From Selaginella moellendorffii (lineage: Eukaryota; Plantae; Lycopodiophyta): DNA of 64,000 bases. Both the position numbers and the translations under genes were made by a program. Of the stretch, positions 35,503-48,102 are shown in pieces. Below the pieces are notes generated by a model. That model had not been told where the DNA came from and did not search any database. It saw nothing but the letters and a program-made list of their open reading frames with translations. Position 1 is the stretch's first letter; every line of letters starts with the position of its first letter. The stretch lies in contig NW_003314278.1 in assembly GCF_000143415.4 (NCBI RefSeq), positions 1,262,673-1,326,672 of the forward strand, read 5' to 3'.

Positions 35503-38500
35503 TGTGAGTGCTTGGAATATGGAAAGGGAATATAAAAAATATGCATATCAATTAGCCCAAAAACCCTAGCGAGTGGTCCGGATTGAAACCAATCTGATGG
35601 CTATCAAAATCCCACTATGCTAATATTAATATATGGCATCGTAGCCGTACAATTGGCCCTCACATCATCCCCTCCTCTCAGAATAATGGAAGGTCGTTAG
35701 GGTTCTCTTGTAGACAAGCCAGGATTTGGAGAAATATCAGGAGGAGGCATCGGTGGATCTATAAGTGGTATTAACTTCTCCTGATCCCTTTGTATGAAGT
35801 ATTTCAGCTATTGCACATGCATAATCTCCGGAGGATCAGCCTGTTGGACATCATGCCGAATCTCATAAACTTGTGGTCCAACTTGCCGCAACACCTGATA
35901 CATTCCTTTCCACTAAGCAAGGAGCCCCTTAGATAAACCATGTACCGTAAGATGGGGAAAATGGACTAACACCAAATCATCCATTTTGTACTCCGTAGTT
36001 GGACAATGATGAGAGTTGTAGCGCCGTTGTTGTCCCACTTGTACGCAGCCTAAGTGTTCGGCAGACTCTGCTCGGATAAGTGGAAGAATGAGCATCGGCA
36101 GCTCGTGGCAATTGCAAAGGTAAACCCAGCTCCATCGGTAATATTGGATCATGACCATATAGAAGTTTATATGGTGAAGCACCAATAGAACTCTACACCC
36201 CTGTGACATAGACATACCGAAGAGATAGCAAATAACCATCCCAATCTGAATGTTGAAAATTCACATACTTCACAATCATCCCTTTGAATGTCTAAATGAG
36301 CCGTTCCACCAGACCGTTTGAATGTGGATGATAAGCACTCATGAAAGTGTGGCATATCCCTAACCGAGACCTCAAAACATGAAATGCCTCAGCCATAAAT
36401 GCAGGACCATTATCCAAAAGAATCCACTCTAGACAAGAATGCTGAAACACCACTCGATTGAGGAGGAAGTATCCAACAGCAATTACAGAGGCACTAGCAA
36501 GAGCATCAATTTCCACCCAATGAGTTAAATAGTCAGAAGCAATAATAGCATACTCATTGCCAGCAGTCGACCATGGAAAAGGTCCCATAAGATCAAATGC
36601 CACCAACTCAAACGGACTGAAAACACCAATTGACTCCAACCGTCCTTTCGGAGCACAAGGAAGAGTATTACGAGCTTGGCACCAAATGCAGCAACGTACA
36701 TACCGGATAATATCACGTTGCATCTTCGGCCAATAAAAAGACCTGTGCAGCTTCTCGGTCACACGACAATGTCCCATATGCCCACCTAGAATAAGAGAAT
36801 CACGATAGACATGGAGAAACCACAGAATAAAGACAAAAGGCACCATCAGTTGTAAATGATCATTAGGATCCATCCCCACAAAATAAAGAAGGCCATCTTC
36901 AAGGTGATATTGAGAATGTAAATGCCGGAAAGGCAAATCATCAGCAAGTGATGTAGGATTCTCAAACCCATCTAGAAGCCTTCAAATTCATGGCTTAATC
37001 TTTTGAGACTTGCGAACCTTATCAAGAAAAGATAGATCTTGCTTTGTGCCTTGTGGACACTGAACGTCAAGTACAGCAACCGCTGACAGCACAGAATCCT
37101 CATTTAGAAAATCCACAGATGCTAGAACAATAGGCTCATCAGAAACATGACAAGAAAGTGGAGAAGGAAGAGGAGCTCGAGAAAGGGCATCAACATCAAC
37201 TATAGTACTCTCTAGGCGATGAACAACATCAAAATCATATATCTGAAGCTTCAAAGCTTACGGAGCAGTAAGACCAACCAGGTTCTTCTGCTTTAATAAT
37301 GAAGTAACAGCAGCATAGTCACCTTCAAGTAATATCTGAGAACCATGTAGATATGCATGAAGTTTCTCAAAACCCCAAACTACCACTAAACACTCCTTCT
37401 CTATCGTGGAGTAGTTCACCTCTGCTAATTATAACATACGGCTTATCTATGCAATGGGATGATGATAGGGAACTTTAGAACAGCCATAAGTTTGTTATGA
37501 TCAACTTGTAAACCCTTACGAGAAATATGGTACCCAAGATAAGTTGTGTCTTTGGACCCAAACATGCACTTCGACTGCTTCAGCTTTAAACTAACGTCCT
37601 GTAGCCAATCCAACACTTTACACACATCACAAATGTGCTCCTCCCACGTCCCCTTTGAGTGAATCAAGACATCATCAATGAAGTCAATAGTCACTTCTGG
37701 CATATCACAAAGAACCTCGTCCATCATCTGCTGGAAAGTTGCTGGAGCATTGTTCAAACTAAACAGCATCACCAAGAATTTGTACAAATCAAACGGTGTA
37801 CGAAAAGCAGTCTTAGGAATATCTTCTTTGGCCATTGGTACTTGCCAGTACCCAAAAGCAAGACCTAGCTTAGCGAACCAACGACTTTGCCCAAGACGAT
37901 CAAAAAAATCAGTAGTGTGTGGAAGAGGGTACACATCCGGGATCATCATGTCATTTAACGAATGATAATTGATGCAAAAACAAATACTCCCATCAGGCTT
38001 CATCACAAAATGAGGTTTACATGCCCAAAGACTCCGTAACTTCCGAATAACACCCTTCTCCAACATTTCCTTGACGTTTGCACATAAAATCTTAATCTCC
38101 TTGGGTGACCAACGATGAATAGAAACTTTGATTGGACAAGCATCCCTAGTTGAAATCAGATGACGTGTGGTAATCTTGGCCCTAGATGATAGGTCAAATT
38201 CAAAGAGACCAGAATACTCCTTCATGAGCTGGTCAACTGCTGCAACACAAAGATTGTTGGAGGGATTGGAAAAGGGAAGAGCAAAACAAGACGGAAACAT
38301 AGGAGGAAATAATGGGGGAACAAAAGTAATGGAAGCAAAGGTAAAAGTAGAGGGACGAAGAAGTACGGAAGTAAAAGGAATGAATGAAACATAAGGAAGT
38401 ATGAGACAAGGGGGAAAAGCCTCAAAGTCACACTTGGCATGATTGCACTGCAACCAATCTATACCAAGAATGAGGTCAAAAGCTTGACTCAACACCACCC

Positions 38501-40169
38501 ACAATGACTGCAACTTAAGCTCAAGATCGCCCACACACACAACTAGGTCCATGTCATCCTGTGCACGTGCACGTGTATGGCTATTGCCATAAAGAATGAA
38601 AACTAGTTCCATCACATGGCACAAGTGTAGACGGCAACGTGTGGCAACAGGTCGAGTAATAGAAGATAAACTCAAATCTGTATCAACCAACATGGAGAGA
38701 ATAATAAGAGACCTCTTGTTATAAAAATGAGCTTAGAAAGTAAATACTGGATGAACTGGTGCCGAGTGAACCCCTTGATGATACTCCCGAAAGAAAGATG
38801 GAAGGGTCATTGACTTATTCATGCAAGGTCCCTCCATTACTCGTGCAACTCCTCATTTCCCGGATGCATCTCGGTGTCCAAACCTTCCACTGCAACAGCT
38901 TCAACGATACGTTGCTGATGCCAAGGTCTCCACCCAGAAAATGGAGGTCGCCAATTTGGAAAACACCAACAAACACCGATAAGTATGACCAACTTCATCA
39001 TATGCCCAGCAGTGAAAATCACAGCTACGACCACGCCCTTGCCCTTGTCCTTGGACTCAAGCAACAGCAGCATTAACCTCCATTGGAACAAGACTATCAT
39101 CCATGGGTAGTGGAGCTAAAGGACGTGCAGCGAGAAGTGGAAGAAGCGATGTCTCATAATGTTGTGCCAAGCAAAAAGCATCGTCAAGGGTGGCAAGAGC
39201 AAGTGCATGCACAAGTCTGACAAAATCTTGACGAAGTGCTGGCCACAACATTCCTAGCTTGATTCGCTTTGACATATTTGGCTCTGCACAAAGCAAAAGA
39301 CTTCGGAAACGAATGCCAAATTGCATCACTGACTCAAATGGCCCTTGGTGAAGATGATGTAATTGTTGGAAGGCATCATCACAATCATTGGCATGTTCAA
39401 AGGCACATTTGAAGATGTCTGAGAGAACACTCCAATCCTCACGAGTGGCTGCACTCAAACCATTATACCACTGTAACGCCATCCCTTGGAGACACATGGG
39501 AAACTCACGCAAACGCTGAGCATCATCCCAAGAATAATATGTGGCAATCACCATGAAGTGATCAAATCAATAGTACATATCATCCCCAGGATTTCCACAA
39601 AAGAACTCTGGCCGAACGCGAGAAATGGCACCAAGAGCAGGAGGAGTTGTACCATGTGCCATGAATGCCACCATCAACTGAGTTTAGTCGTTCAATTGCA
39701 AGCACATAGCATCAAGCAATTGTACTAACTGATGCTCTAGAGACAAAGGAGGAGATTACTGATCTACCATGAAAATGAACGAAAAAGAAAAAGCAAAAGA
39801 AGAGAAATGACAAAAAGCTAAAAGGAAATGGTAGATCTAGACAATGCAAAAAGTTAGATCTAAACTAAAATCTTGAAAGGAAAGAACAAAAGAAAGGAAA
39901 TGGAAAAAAACTAAATCTAAACGATGCAGAAGTTAAATCTAAACCAAAATCCTAAATCCAAGCACTTTTTAGGGACAATCAAAAGTGCCCCTCAACTCCA
40001 CCAATGTGAGTGCTTGGAATATGGAAAGAGAATATAGAAATGTGCATATTAATTAGCCCAAAAACCCTAGTTTATATATGGTCTGAATTGCAACCAATCC
40101 AATGGCTACCAAAATCCCACTACACTAATATTAGTATACAGTATTGTAGCCGTACACTTGGCCCTCACA
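35503..40169 (-). mobile_element. Compact full-length Ty3/gypsy LTR retrotransposon (4667 bp), decayed ORFs
   Basis: LTRs 35503-35664 and 40005-40169 (TG...CA). TSD ACTA (35499-35502, 40170-40173), confirmed by the empty site at ~61530-61545. PBS TGGTGGAGTTGAGGGG; PPT AGAGGAGGGGATGA. gag 39057-39554, protease/RT 37443-38693 (FIDDVLI), RNase H ~37260-37440, integrase ~35750-36940 (GGHMG, DLMGP, HPHSNGLVER). No chromodomain. Confidence 0.92.
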
Positions 40170-40541
40170 ACTAGAATTCTTTTAGTATTTATTGAAATTT
40201 TGTTTACAAGATTATATAATGAGAATCATGGCTTGAAATTTATTATTAAAGAGTATATGTTGCATATGTTGTAGTTTATTACTCTATTTTATTCTATTTA
40301 TATTCTATGTTATATTTTACCATTTTCATTTTAAATTTTATTGTTTTATAGAATTTAATTCCTGAATTATATTGTTATATTGTTTGATCATTTTATTTAT
40401 CTTGCTTTCTCGCTTCACTCGTGGCTCCAAAGAATCACCCCAGCCAAAACAAATTCCTCCTTCCACGACTACTACTTCACTACACTGCTCTACCAAAATC
40501 CACCCAGCAACAGTCACTACTACTTACTTGTGGAGTGTGAT

Positions 40542-42350
40542 TTACAATTCCACCTCTTGCAAGTCGTCTCCAAACACTCCGGAGGAACTGGCAGCTTCGA
40601 ATCCCACTGTGCCAGACTGTTGATGGTGGTGCTGATGAATCAAACTTTCCTGGTGTTGGTTTTGCTGCTGCTGCACTGGTGGAGTGACTTCCAGAGCTGG
40701 AGGTGGCAGCAATGAGACGGTCGACGTTGTTGCTGGATAGTGATTCGAATAGAACATTGCTGGCGAAGAGCCGCTTGAGAGATGATCAGGCGTTGGCCCC
40801 GGATCGTTTCTCATATCCTGTACAACCGGCTGAGTGAATGCTGCTGCTGCAAACGGTCCATTCCCGTTTGAGAATGCCATGTCGGGGACAAAGGCCGGTG
40901 CTGAGGAAGGATCCACCGAATGGTTGCTGTTGATATCTGGAGCAGCAGCAGCAGCTGCTGCAGCATGAAAAATCTCGCTGGAGCCAAAGGCTTTGCGCTT
41001 GCCTTTGGCACCACGCCAAACAGTGGAGGAGAGTCCGATGATGTCTTGGATGGTGTTACGCTACCTTTGTTGAATGTATCGACATATCTGCAAAAACCTC
41101 GTGAGATTGGAGTGCTGGGAATGACCAAAACGGTACCTTGATCTAACGTTTTGACGTGCACGAGCTGCGTACTGGTTACTGCTCGTAGGCATTGGTGGGA
41201 TTCCACTCACAACCAGTTGCGGCCTTTCCGGAGTTGGCTGTGGTATCTCCGGAGAAATGGAAATAGGAGTGCCATTCTCCTCCACGCGTGAGACGAGCTT
41301 GTTTGCCATGGGAGGAGGAGTCAATGGAAGCTCAGGCGCTTGTGTCTTGGCTCCTTCTTCAACCTTATCTAAACTTGTTGCTGTCGCCAAGCTTTGCCTG
41401 CATCACACACCAACCATCAATCAGCTAGCGCTTTTTCCAAAGCTTCTACAAACCTCCTTCAAGTGTTTTTATGAAGCCCATCGCTCTTTGCACAAAAGAA
41501 GTAAAGACGCCTCTGTTTGGCGTTCCTTTAGCTGGACTAACAATCTGATGAAAGAATACAAGTCTTAATCAAAGGTACACAAGAGCAAGTTGAGTTACCT
41601 GTGCAGGCCTAAAGTCAGGCTCAGAAATGCTTCTCACTGGCATGTTGGATCTTCTCGTATTATCACTTATGGGTTCCATTGATGCCAATGAGGCAAGTGA
41701 CACACTGCTTCTGCTAGAAGCTGTTGCGGGACGGTTATTAATATCAGCATTATCGGAAGCTTTCAGGGGCGAATGGCCTATCATCTTGTGTAGACCAATA
41801 TTGCCAAAAAACCGTTGCACAATTGACGTTGAGCCTCCCTGGATAACAGGAAAGTGAGTATAAAAGCCGAGTGTCCACTTACAAACCTGAGAGTGGATAT
41901 GAAGACGCTCTTCCAAGGCTACAGCCGCTTCTTTGCACACATCAGCTGCATGGCCCGCTGTTTTCAATGTTTTCAACACCGCTTGGCAATACCTTCGAAG
42001 AGAAACCTTGTGTTAACGAAGCATACAGTTAAAAATCACTACCAACCTTAAAGCTTCGTTTATCTTTCCAGCTTCAGCAAGCATCAACGAATAAATAAGC
42101 TTGTATGGCTGAAAAGGAAGTAAAATAAACTGGGAATTGCCTTTCACTCTTGCAAATTCGTACACTTCCATTCGCTGATGAAGAAAAGGTTAACAATTGT
42201 TATTGAGGACAAACACGGCTTACCTGGATATCTTCTGGACTAGCATACATGCGTGGATACTTACAATGGTCGGCACCTATAAGACAAAGTCTGGCAGAAG
42301 GGGAGAAAGGCTCAAAATGCAACAAGATAGCATATATGGGCTCCACATAT
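40542..42350 (-). pseudogene. SEC16: SEC16 (COPII/ER exit site scaffold) 3'-portion fragment, copy 1
   Basis: LIGADH, PFQPYKLIY..MLAEAGK, RSISEPDF, AKLGDSNKF, RSRYVDTFN, C-terminal DDLQEVEL. Intron-containing, 5'-truncated, with frameshifting deletions. Confidence 0.75.
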
Positions 42351-42769
42351 CTGCAAGTTAAAACTATGAGAAACATCAACGTGTGACCATGTAAATCTAA
42401 GACATGTGCGAATGCAAAAGTCCTTATAAGTTTACTTTGCAACACAAATTTTTTCAATGTGCGTACCCAACTTTCTTAATTTTTAAAGTGGGTCGCTTAA
42501 GTTTTTTTTGACTAAATAAATGTGCGAATTGGTCCTTTCTCAACATAAAAGATAATGTTTTGCCAAGCTTACCACAACCACTGGCAACCTTGATTGGCAA
42601 TGATGTTGTCCTTGGCTGTGGTATCTATAACCATACAGCTAGGGCCAAAGTTACACCACCAATGGCCCATAGCAAGCACAGCCATGGTGGCACAAGGTCT
42701 CGGCCATGGCTAGCACTACCTTGGCTGGCCTTAGCCGTGGCATACCCATCTACTAGAGGAGCTAGAGGA

Positions 42770-43140
42770 GAGCTGTTGTAGGAGGAGTGTTAGAGGAGTT
42801 GGAGGAGAGCTGTTGCAGAAGAAGTGCTGGAGGAGCTGGAGAGCTGCTATAGGAGGAGTGCTGGAGGAGACTCAATGCACAAGGGATTTTGGAGGAGCTA
42901 GAGGGTGAGAAAGAATGATTTGATGAAAAAAAAAAAAACTGAAAAATCCAAGAGTAGGATTAGCAAAAGTACAATGTGGAAGAGAGTTGTTGCAAGAGGA
43001 GCACTAGAGGACATGGAGGAGAGTTGCTACAGGAAGAGTGTTGGAGGGAGGAGATATGTTGCATTGGAGGAAAGTAAGAGCCACTAGAGGAGTTGGGCAC
43101 TAGAGGAAAATAAGAGTTGCTAGGTGGAGAGTTGGGCATT
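42770..43140. repeat. Degenerate purine-rich tandem repeat (GGAGGAGTGCT/GGAGAGCTGTT-like units)
   Basis: Repeated GAGGAG..CT motifs are visible; no credible ORF. Confidence 0.6.
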
Positions 43141-43658
43141 ATACACAATACCATCTACAATAACTAACCCTAACAAAACTCAAATGGATATAATTTTCTG
43201 CATTGCACTATGCAACAACGTTTGGTTTGCTTTGATATTGTCAATTTTTACATAAATAAAAAAATTATATGATGTACTTATTTTAATACATTTTTTTATT
43301 CATATATAATTTAGAATTTTAGTACTTCATGTTTATCTCTCAAAGAGTTCAACTAATGTTTTTTTTATCAATTTTATTCTTCCTATAGTAAGCTTAAAGC
43401 AAATAATGAAGAATATAAGGAAGAAGTCCTACACTCTTGCAATACTAAAATCTTGCAAACTTTCCTTTAAGAACATTATTACTAGTCAAAAAGTTCACTT
43501 TTTTTGAGTAGTCTGATGTGTTTGTCTTTATAGCATGTCCATAAACAGAAAACAAGGAACTTCTTACTTGCTCCTCATAGTAGAGTATCACAGTGATAGA
43601 AGAAGTTTGAGCTTCTTCTCCATGCAATGGGCAACAATATAATCAAGTGGCTGTAGTG

Positions 43659-43721
43659 ATTGATACAAAAGGTCTCCTGGATCTTGCTTGTTAGGCTGGC
43701 GTGGCTAAGACACTGATAAAG
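43659..43721 (+). pseudogene. Short SKP1-like fragment
   Basis: IDTKGLLDLAC*AGVAKTLIK followed by GTAAG; resembles SKP1 [20 protein letters not shown]. Very short. Confidence 0.4.
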
Positions 43722-43949
43722 GTAAGTTCTGCAAAGATTTAATAAGGTTTTGCTGGATTGTCCTTACTGGGCTTACAGTTAGATCATGGGTGATCAGGAG
43801 CTCACAGTTTTGCACAAGATTTGATCAAACATGTTTCTTGCTTGAGCTAGGATCCTTGATCTGCCATGGGTGGTGATCAATGCATTCACAAAAGGTGCCG
43901 AAATGAAATCCAACAGCTTAAGCACTTTCAAAAGACACCCATTCTAGGC

Positions 43950-45920
43950 ATTTGCAGTGATCATTGCATTCCAAGAGACCAAGGTCCTCTTGCTCAAAAC
44001 TTCCTGCTATGCTCATGATCACATTTCCAAGATTGAGTTCCATGTTTCTAGAATTCTTCTGTGAATCGTCACTTCTTTCTCATACTGCACAGGTCACAAA
44101 TAACCCAAGAAATCACCTCATGGAGGCTGCAACACTCAATAGTTCTAGGACTGGCAGACAAGCCCTGTCCCATGGACAGCCACTGCTCCTTACGTGGGAA
44201 TGTGCACATGACAGAGGTTCGTTTCTGTTTTCCAGTCTGTCTTTTAACTCTTCAAATGTCTTGATCATTATGAAGAAGGGAACCCATTGAGAAAATACAG
44301 TGTTGGGCAGACTGTTCGAGCTAAAATCCTTTCAAAACGCAAAACCAGCAGAAAGCACAGAAATGCTACCACTTTGGATTTATCTCTACGTCCATCTGAG
44401 CTTGCAGGTCTGTATGGTGTCCCTTTGAATTAGCTTAACTTGCAGGAAACGATGCTGCATGCTCAGTGATTACTGACCGTAACCATTGAACAGTCGATTA
44501 TCAGATACGTTCAAGAAGTAAAGGACAACTGGGCATGGCTAGTCCTCTCACCCCATCTTAAAGGCTGCCTTTTTTCGGAGCTTGAACGTTTTAAAGAGCG
44601 CTTCAAAGTCGGTGACCCGTTCCAGTGCCATATAAGAAGTGTTAACCACGAAAGGAAGCAAGTGGATTTTGCTCTACACCCGAAAACAAGTGACGAACAA
44701 TTCAAGAAAGGCGACCTGTTAGGCCGACGAATCACACGAGTTTTTGCTGGTGTTGGCGGACATACTGTGCAAGGCAGATGGGAAAGTTTCGGAAAAGTTC
44801 ATGTAACGATACATGGATTGATGACCCAGCCAGTTTATTTACAGAGGGACAGTTCGTAAGGTCTTGGATTTAAAACGACCAGGGAGGGGAAAGATGGGCT
44901 TGGAACTTTCAGTAAGTTGGTGGACGTGGTGGTTTTGAGTCCCTTCCGAGCTATCAAACACTTGAAAGGTAACTTCCGAGATTTGCATTAAATTTTTTTG
45001 ACTCTGCATCCAATGCTCGTATTGTCAATTCCGTGTTGGAACTTAAGCAAGATATGAAGTGCAAGTAAGCAGAAACCTTGCATGCTGTGGACGTGACTTG
45101 TTTTTGTGTTGCAGGGTTTTTGTCAAAAATGTGATGGAGAAAGGTTGTTTTGTGGTCCTGGCACCTTCACTTGAAGCTAGAATTCAACTGAAGAACCTAT
45201 TGAACTCGTTTGTACAAAACCCTGCAGAAATGTTTCCACCAGGCAAGGTGATATTGGGAAGGTATAAACTTTTCTCCGTATGGAAGTGTTTGCTGATATC
45301 TTCTTCTTCGTCAGAATTTTAAGCATCGAGCCATTGTCTGGGCACATTGAAATGTCTTTGGCGGCAACAACATCACAAGATTCAAGTGGCTGGAAGAAGT
45401 TTGGTGCTGGAGAGATCGTTAGTGGCCGCATACACAACATTGAAGCATTTGGGATCTTCATCAGCCTTGCCGAGAGCGATGTGGTAAGCTCTCTCTCTAT
45501 CTTGGTTTCAAGTTCTTAGTCTGTGCTCCAGGTTGCTTGTGTCATGTCTCTGAAGTGTCTTACGATTTTATTCAAGACTTGTCAACACTTTACAAAGTCG
45601 GCCAATGGGCTCAAGTAAAGATTCTAAAGGTGAGAACGAAAGCTTTAGTAAAACCACTGGGTTATGATTTCCCTCTACAGGTTGATGTGGAAACCAAACG
45701 TATATCTCTTGGAATGAAAGCGTCATATCTGACCCCTGAGGATGGCATCGAGCCGATGGAGGAAGAAGCTATAAATGAAGAGCCTTCGAACACAAATGTG
45801 CTCATGGATAATGATGAGAGGGAGGAGGAGGACTACTTGGATCTGGCATCAAAACGATTCCCACAGCTATGCATCAATCCACTCTCAACAAAGACGTTGA
45901 GGATACAGTGCCAATTGACT
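43950..45920 (+). pseudogene. RRP5: RRP5 (rRNA biogenesis protein, S1 repeats) internal fragment
   Basis: S1 repeats: VGQTVRAKIL..LDLSLRPS, YVQEVKDNWAWL.LSPHLKG, FVKNVMEKGCFV.LAPSLEARI.LKNL, GEIVSGRIHNIEAFGIFISL, CHVSEVS..YKVG..VKILKVD.ETKRISLGMK. Short GT-AG introns; both ends missing. Confidence 0.8.
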
Positions 45921-46004
45921 TGAAAGAGCAGAGTTACTTCTTGTTTATATTTACTCTTCTCATGTCCTGCTTCTCAACAGGGAGGCTGCATATTTGCTAT
46001 CAAT

Positions 46005-47876
46005 GGGAGCCCATATTTGCTATCTTCTTGCATTTTGAGCCTTTCTCCCCTTCTGCCAGACTTTGTCTTATAGGTGCTGACCATTGTAAGTATCCACGCA
46101 CGTACGCTAGTCCAGAAGCTATCCAGGTAAGCCGTGTTCGTCCTCAATAACAATTGTTAACCTTTTCTTCATCAGCGAATGGAAGTGTACGAATTTGCAA
46201 GAGTGACCAGCAATTCCCAGTTTATTTTACTTCCTTTTCAGCCATACAAGCTTATTTATGCGTCGATGCTTGCTGAAGCTGGAAAGATAAACAAAGCTTT
46301 AAGGTTGGTAGTGATTTTTAACTGTATCCTTCGTTAACACAAGGTTTCTCTTCGAAGGTATTGCCAAGCGGTGTTGAAAACATTGAAAACAGCGGGCCAT
46401 GCAGCTGATGTGTGCAAAGAAGCGGCTGTAGCCTTGGAAGAGCGTCTTCATATCCACTCTCAGGTTTGTAAGTGGACACTCGGCTTTTATACTCACTTTC
46501 CTGTTATCCAGGGAGGCTCAACGTCAATTGTGCAACGGTTTTTTGGCAATATTGGTCTACACAAGATGATAGGCCCTTCGCCCCCGAAAGCTTCCGATAA
46601 TGCTGATATTAATAACCGTCCTGCAACAGCTTCTAGCAGAAGCAGTGTATCACTTGCCTCATCGGCATCAATGGAACCCATAAGTGATAATACGAGAAGA
46701 TCCAACATGCCAGCGAGAAGCATTTCTGAGCCTGACTTTAGGCCTGCACAGGTAACTCGACTTGCTCTTGTGTACCTTCAATTAAGACTTGTATTCTTTC
46801 ATCAGATCATTAGTCCAGCTAAAGGAACACCAAACAGAGGCGTCTTTACTTCTTTCGTGCAAAGAGCGATGGGCTTCATAAAAACACCTTCGAAGGAGGT
46901 TTGTAGAAGCTTTGGAAAGAGCACTAGCTGATTGATGGTCGGGTATGTGATGCAGGCAAAGCTTGGCAACAGCAACAAGTTTAGATACAATGAGACACTG
47001 AAGCACTGGGTTGAAGAAGGAGCTGAGGCACAAGCACCAGAGCTTCCGTTGGCTCCTCCTCCCATGGCAAACAAGCTCGTCTCACGCATGGAGGAGAATG
47101 GCGCTCCTATTTCCATGTCGCTGGAGAGACCACAGCCAACTCCAGAAAGGCCACAACCAGTTGTGAGTGGAATCCCACCAATGCCTCCGAGCAGTAACCA
47201 GTACGCAGCTCATGCACATCAAAACGTTAGATCAAGGTACCGTTTTGGTCATTCCCAGGACTCCAATCTCATGAGGTTTTTACAGATATGTCGATACATT
47301 CAACAAAGGTAGCATAACACCATCCAAGACATCATCGGACTCTCCTCCACTTCTTCAGAGAGCTGATCTTTAAAAACATCCCAAAGATATAGTGGGTTTT
47401 GTGGATTGCACAAAATGGCAAAGGCAAGCGCAAAGCCTTTGGCTCCAACGAGATTTTTCGTGCCTGCGGCCGCTGCTGCCGCTGCTCCAGATATCAACAG
47501 CAACACAGTGGATCCTTCCTCGGCACCAGACTTTGTCTCTGACATGGCATTCTCAAACGGGAATGGAGCATTCGCTCAGCCGGTTGTACAGGATATGAGA
47601 AACGATCCGGGGCCAACGCCTGATCATCTCTCGAGCAGCTCTTCACCAGCAATGTTCTATTCGAATCGCTATCCAGCAGCACTGTCGACCGTCTCGTTGC
47701 CGCCACCTCCAGTGCTGGAAGTCACTCCGCTAGTGATGGTCGAGCAGCAGCAGCAAAACCAACGCCAGGAAAGTTCGATTCATCGGCACCACCATCAACA
47801 GTCTGGCACAGTGGGATTCGAAGCTGCCAGTTCCTCCAGAGTGTTTGGAGACGACTTGCAAGAGGTGGAATTGTAA
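46005..47876 (+). pseudogene. SEC16: SEC16 3'-portion fragment, copy 2
   Basis: Near-identical inverted copy of 40542-42350; AKLGNSNKFRYNETLKHWVEEG, RSRY, DDLQEVEL*. Contains a foreign insert at 47352-47418. Confidence 0.78.
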
Positions 47877-48102
47877 ATCACACTCCACAAGTAAGTAGTG
47901 TTGCTGGGTGGATTTTGGTAGAGCAGTGTAGCGAAGTAGTAATAAGGAGGAATTCTTTTTGGCTGGGGTGATTCTTTGGAGCCACGAGCGAAGCGAGGAA
48001 GCTCCTTAAAGTTGCTAGAGAAAGGAAACTCTTTACAGTGTAACAAATAAAAGTAAAGGCCTTGTGATGAATATACCTCGAATAATCTCCCGGATTTAAA
48101 AT

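Larger units (their letters stand above)
33583..42400 (-). repeat. Segmental duplicate A (33583-35502 + 40174-42400), inverted copy of 59260-63546
   Basis: Continuous reverse-complement similarity; interrupted only by LTR element 35503-40169. Confidence 0.88.
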
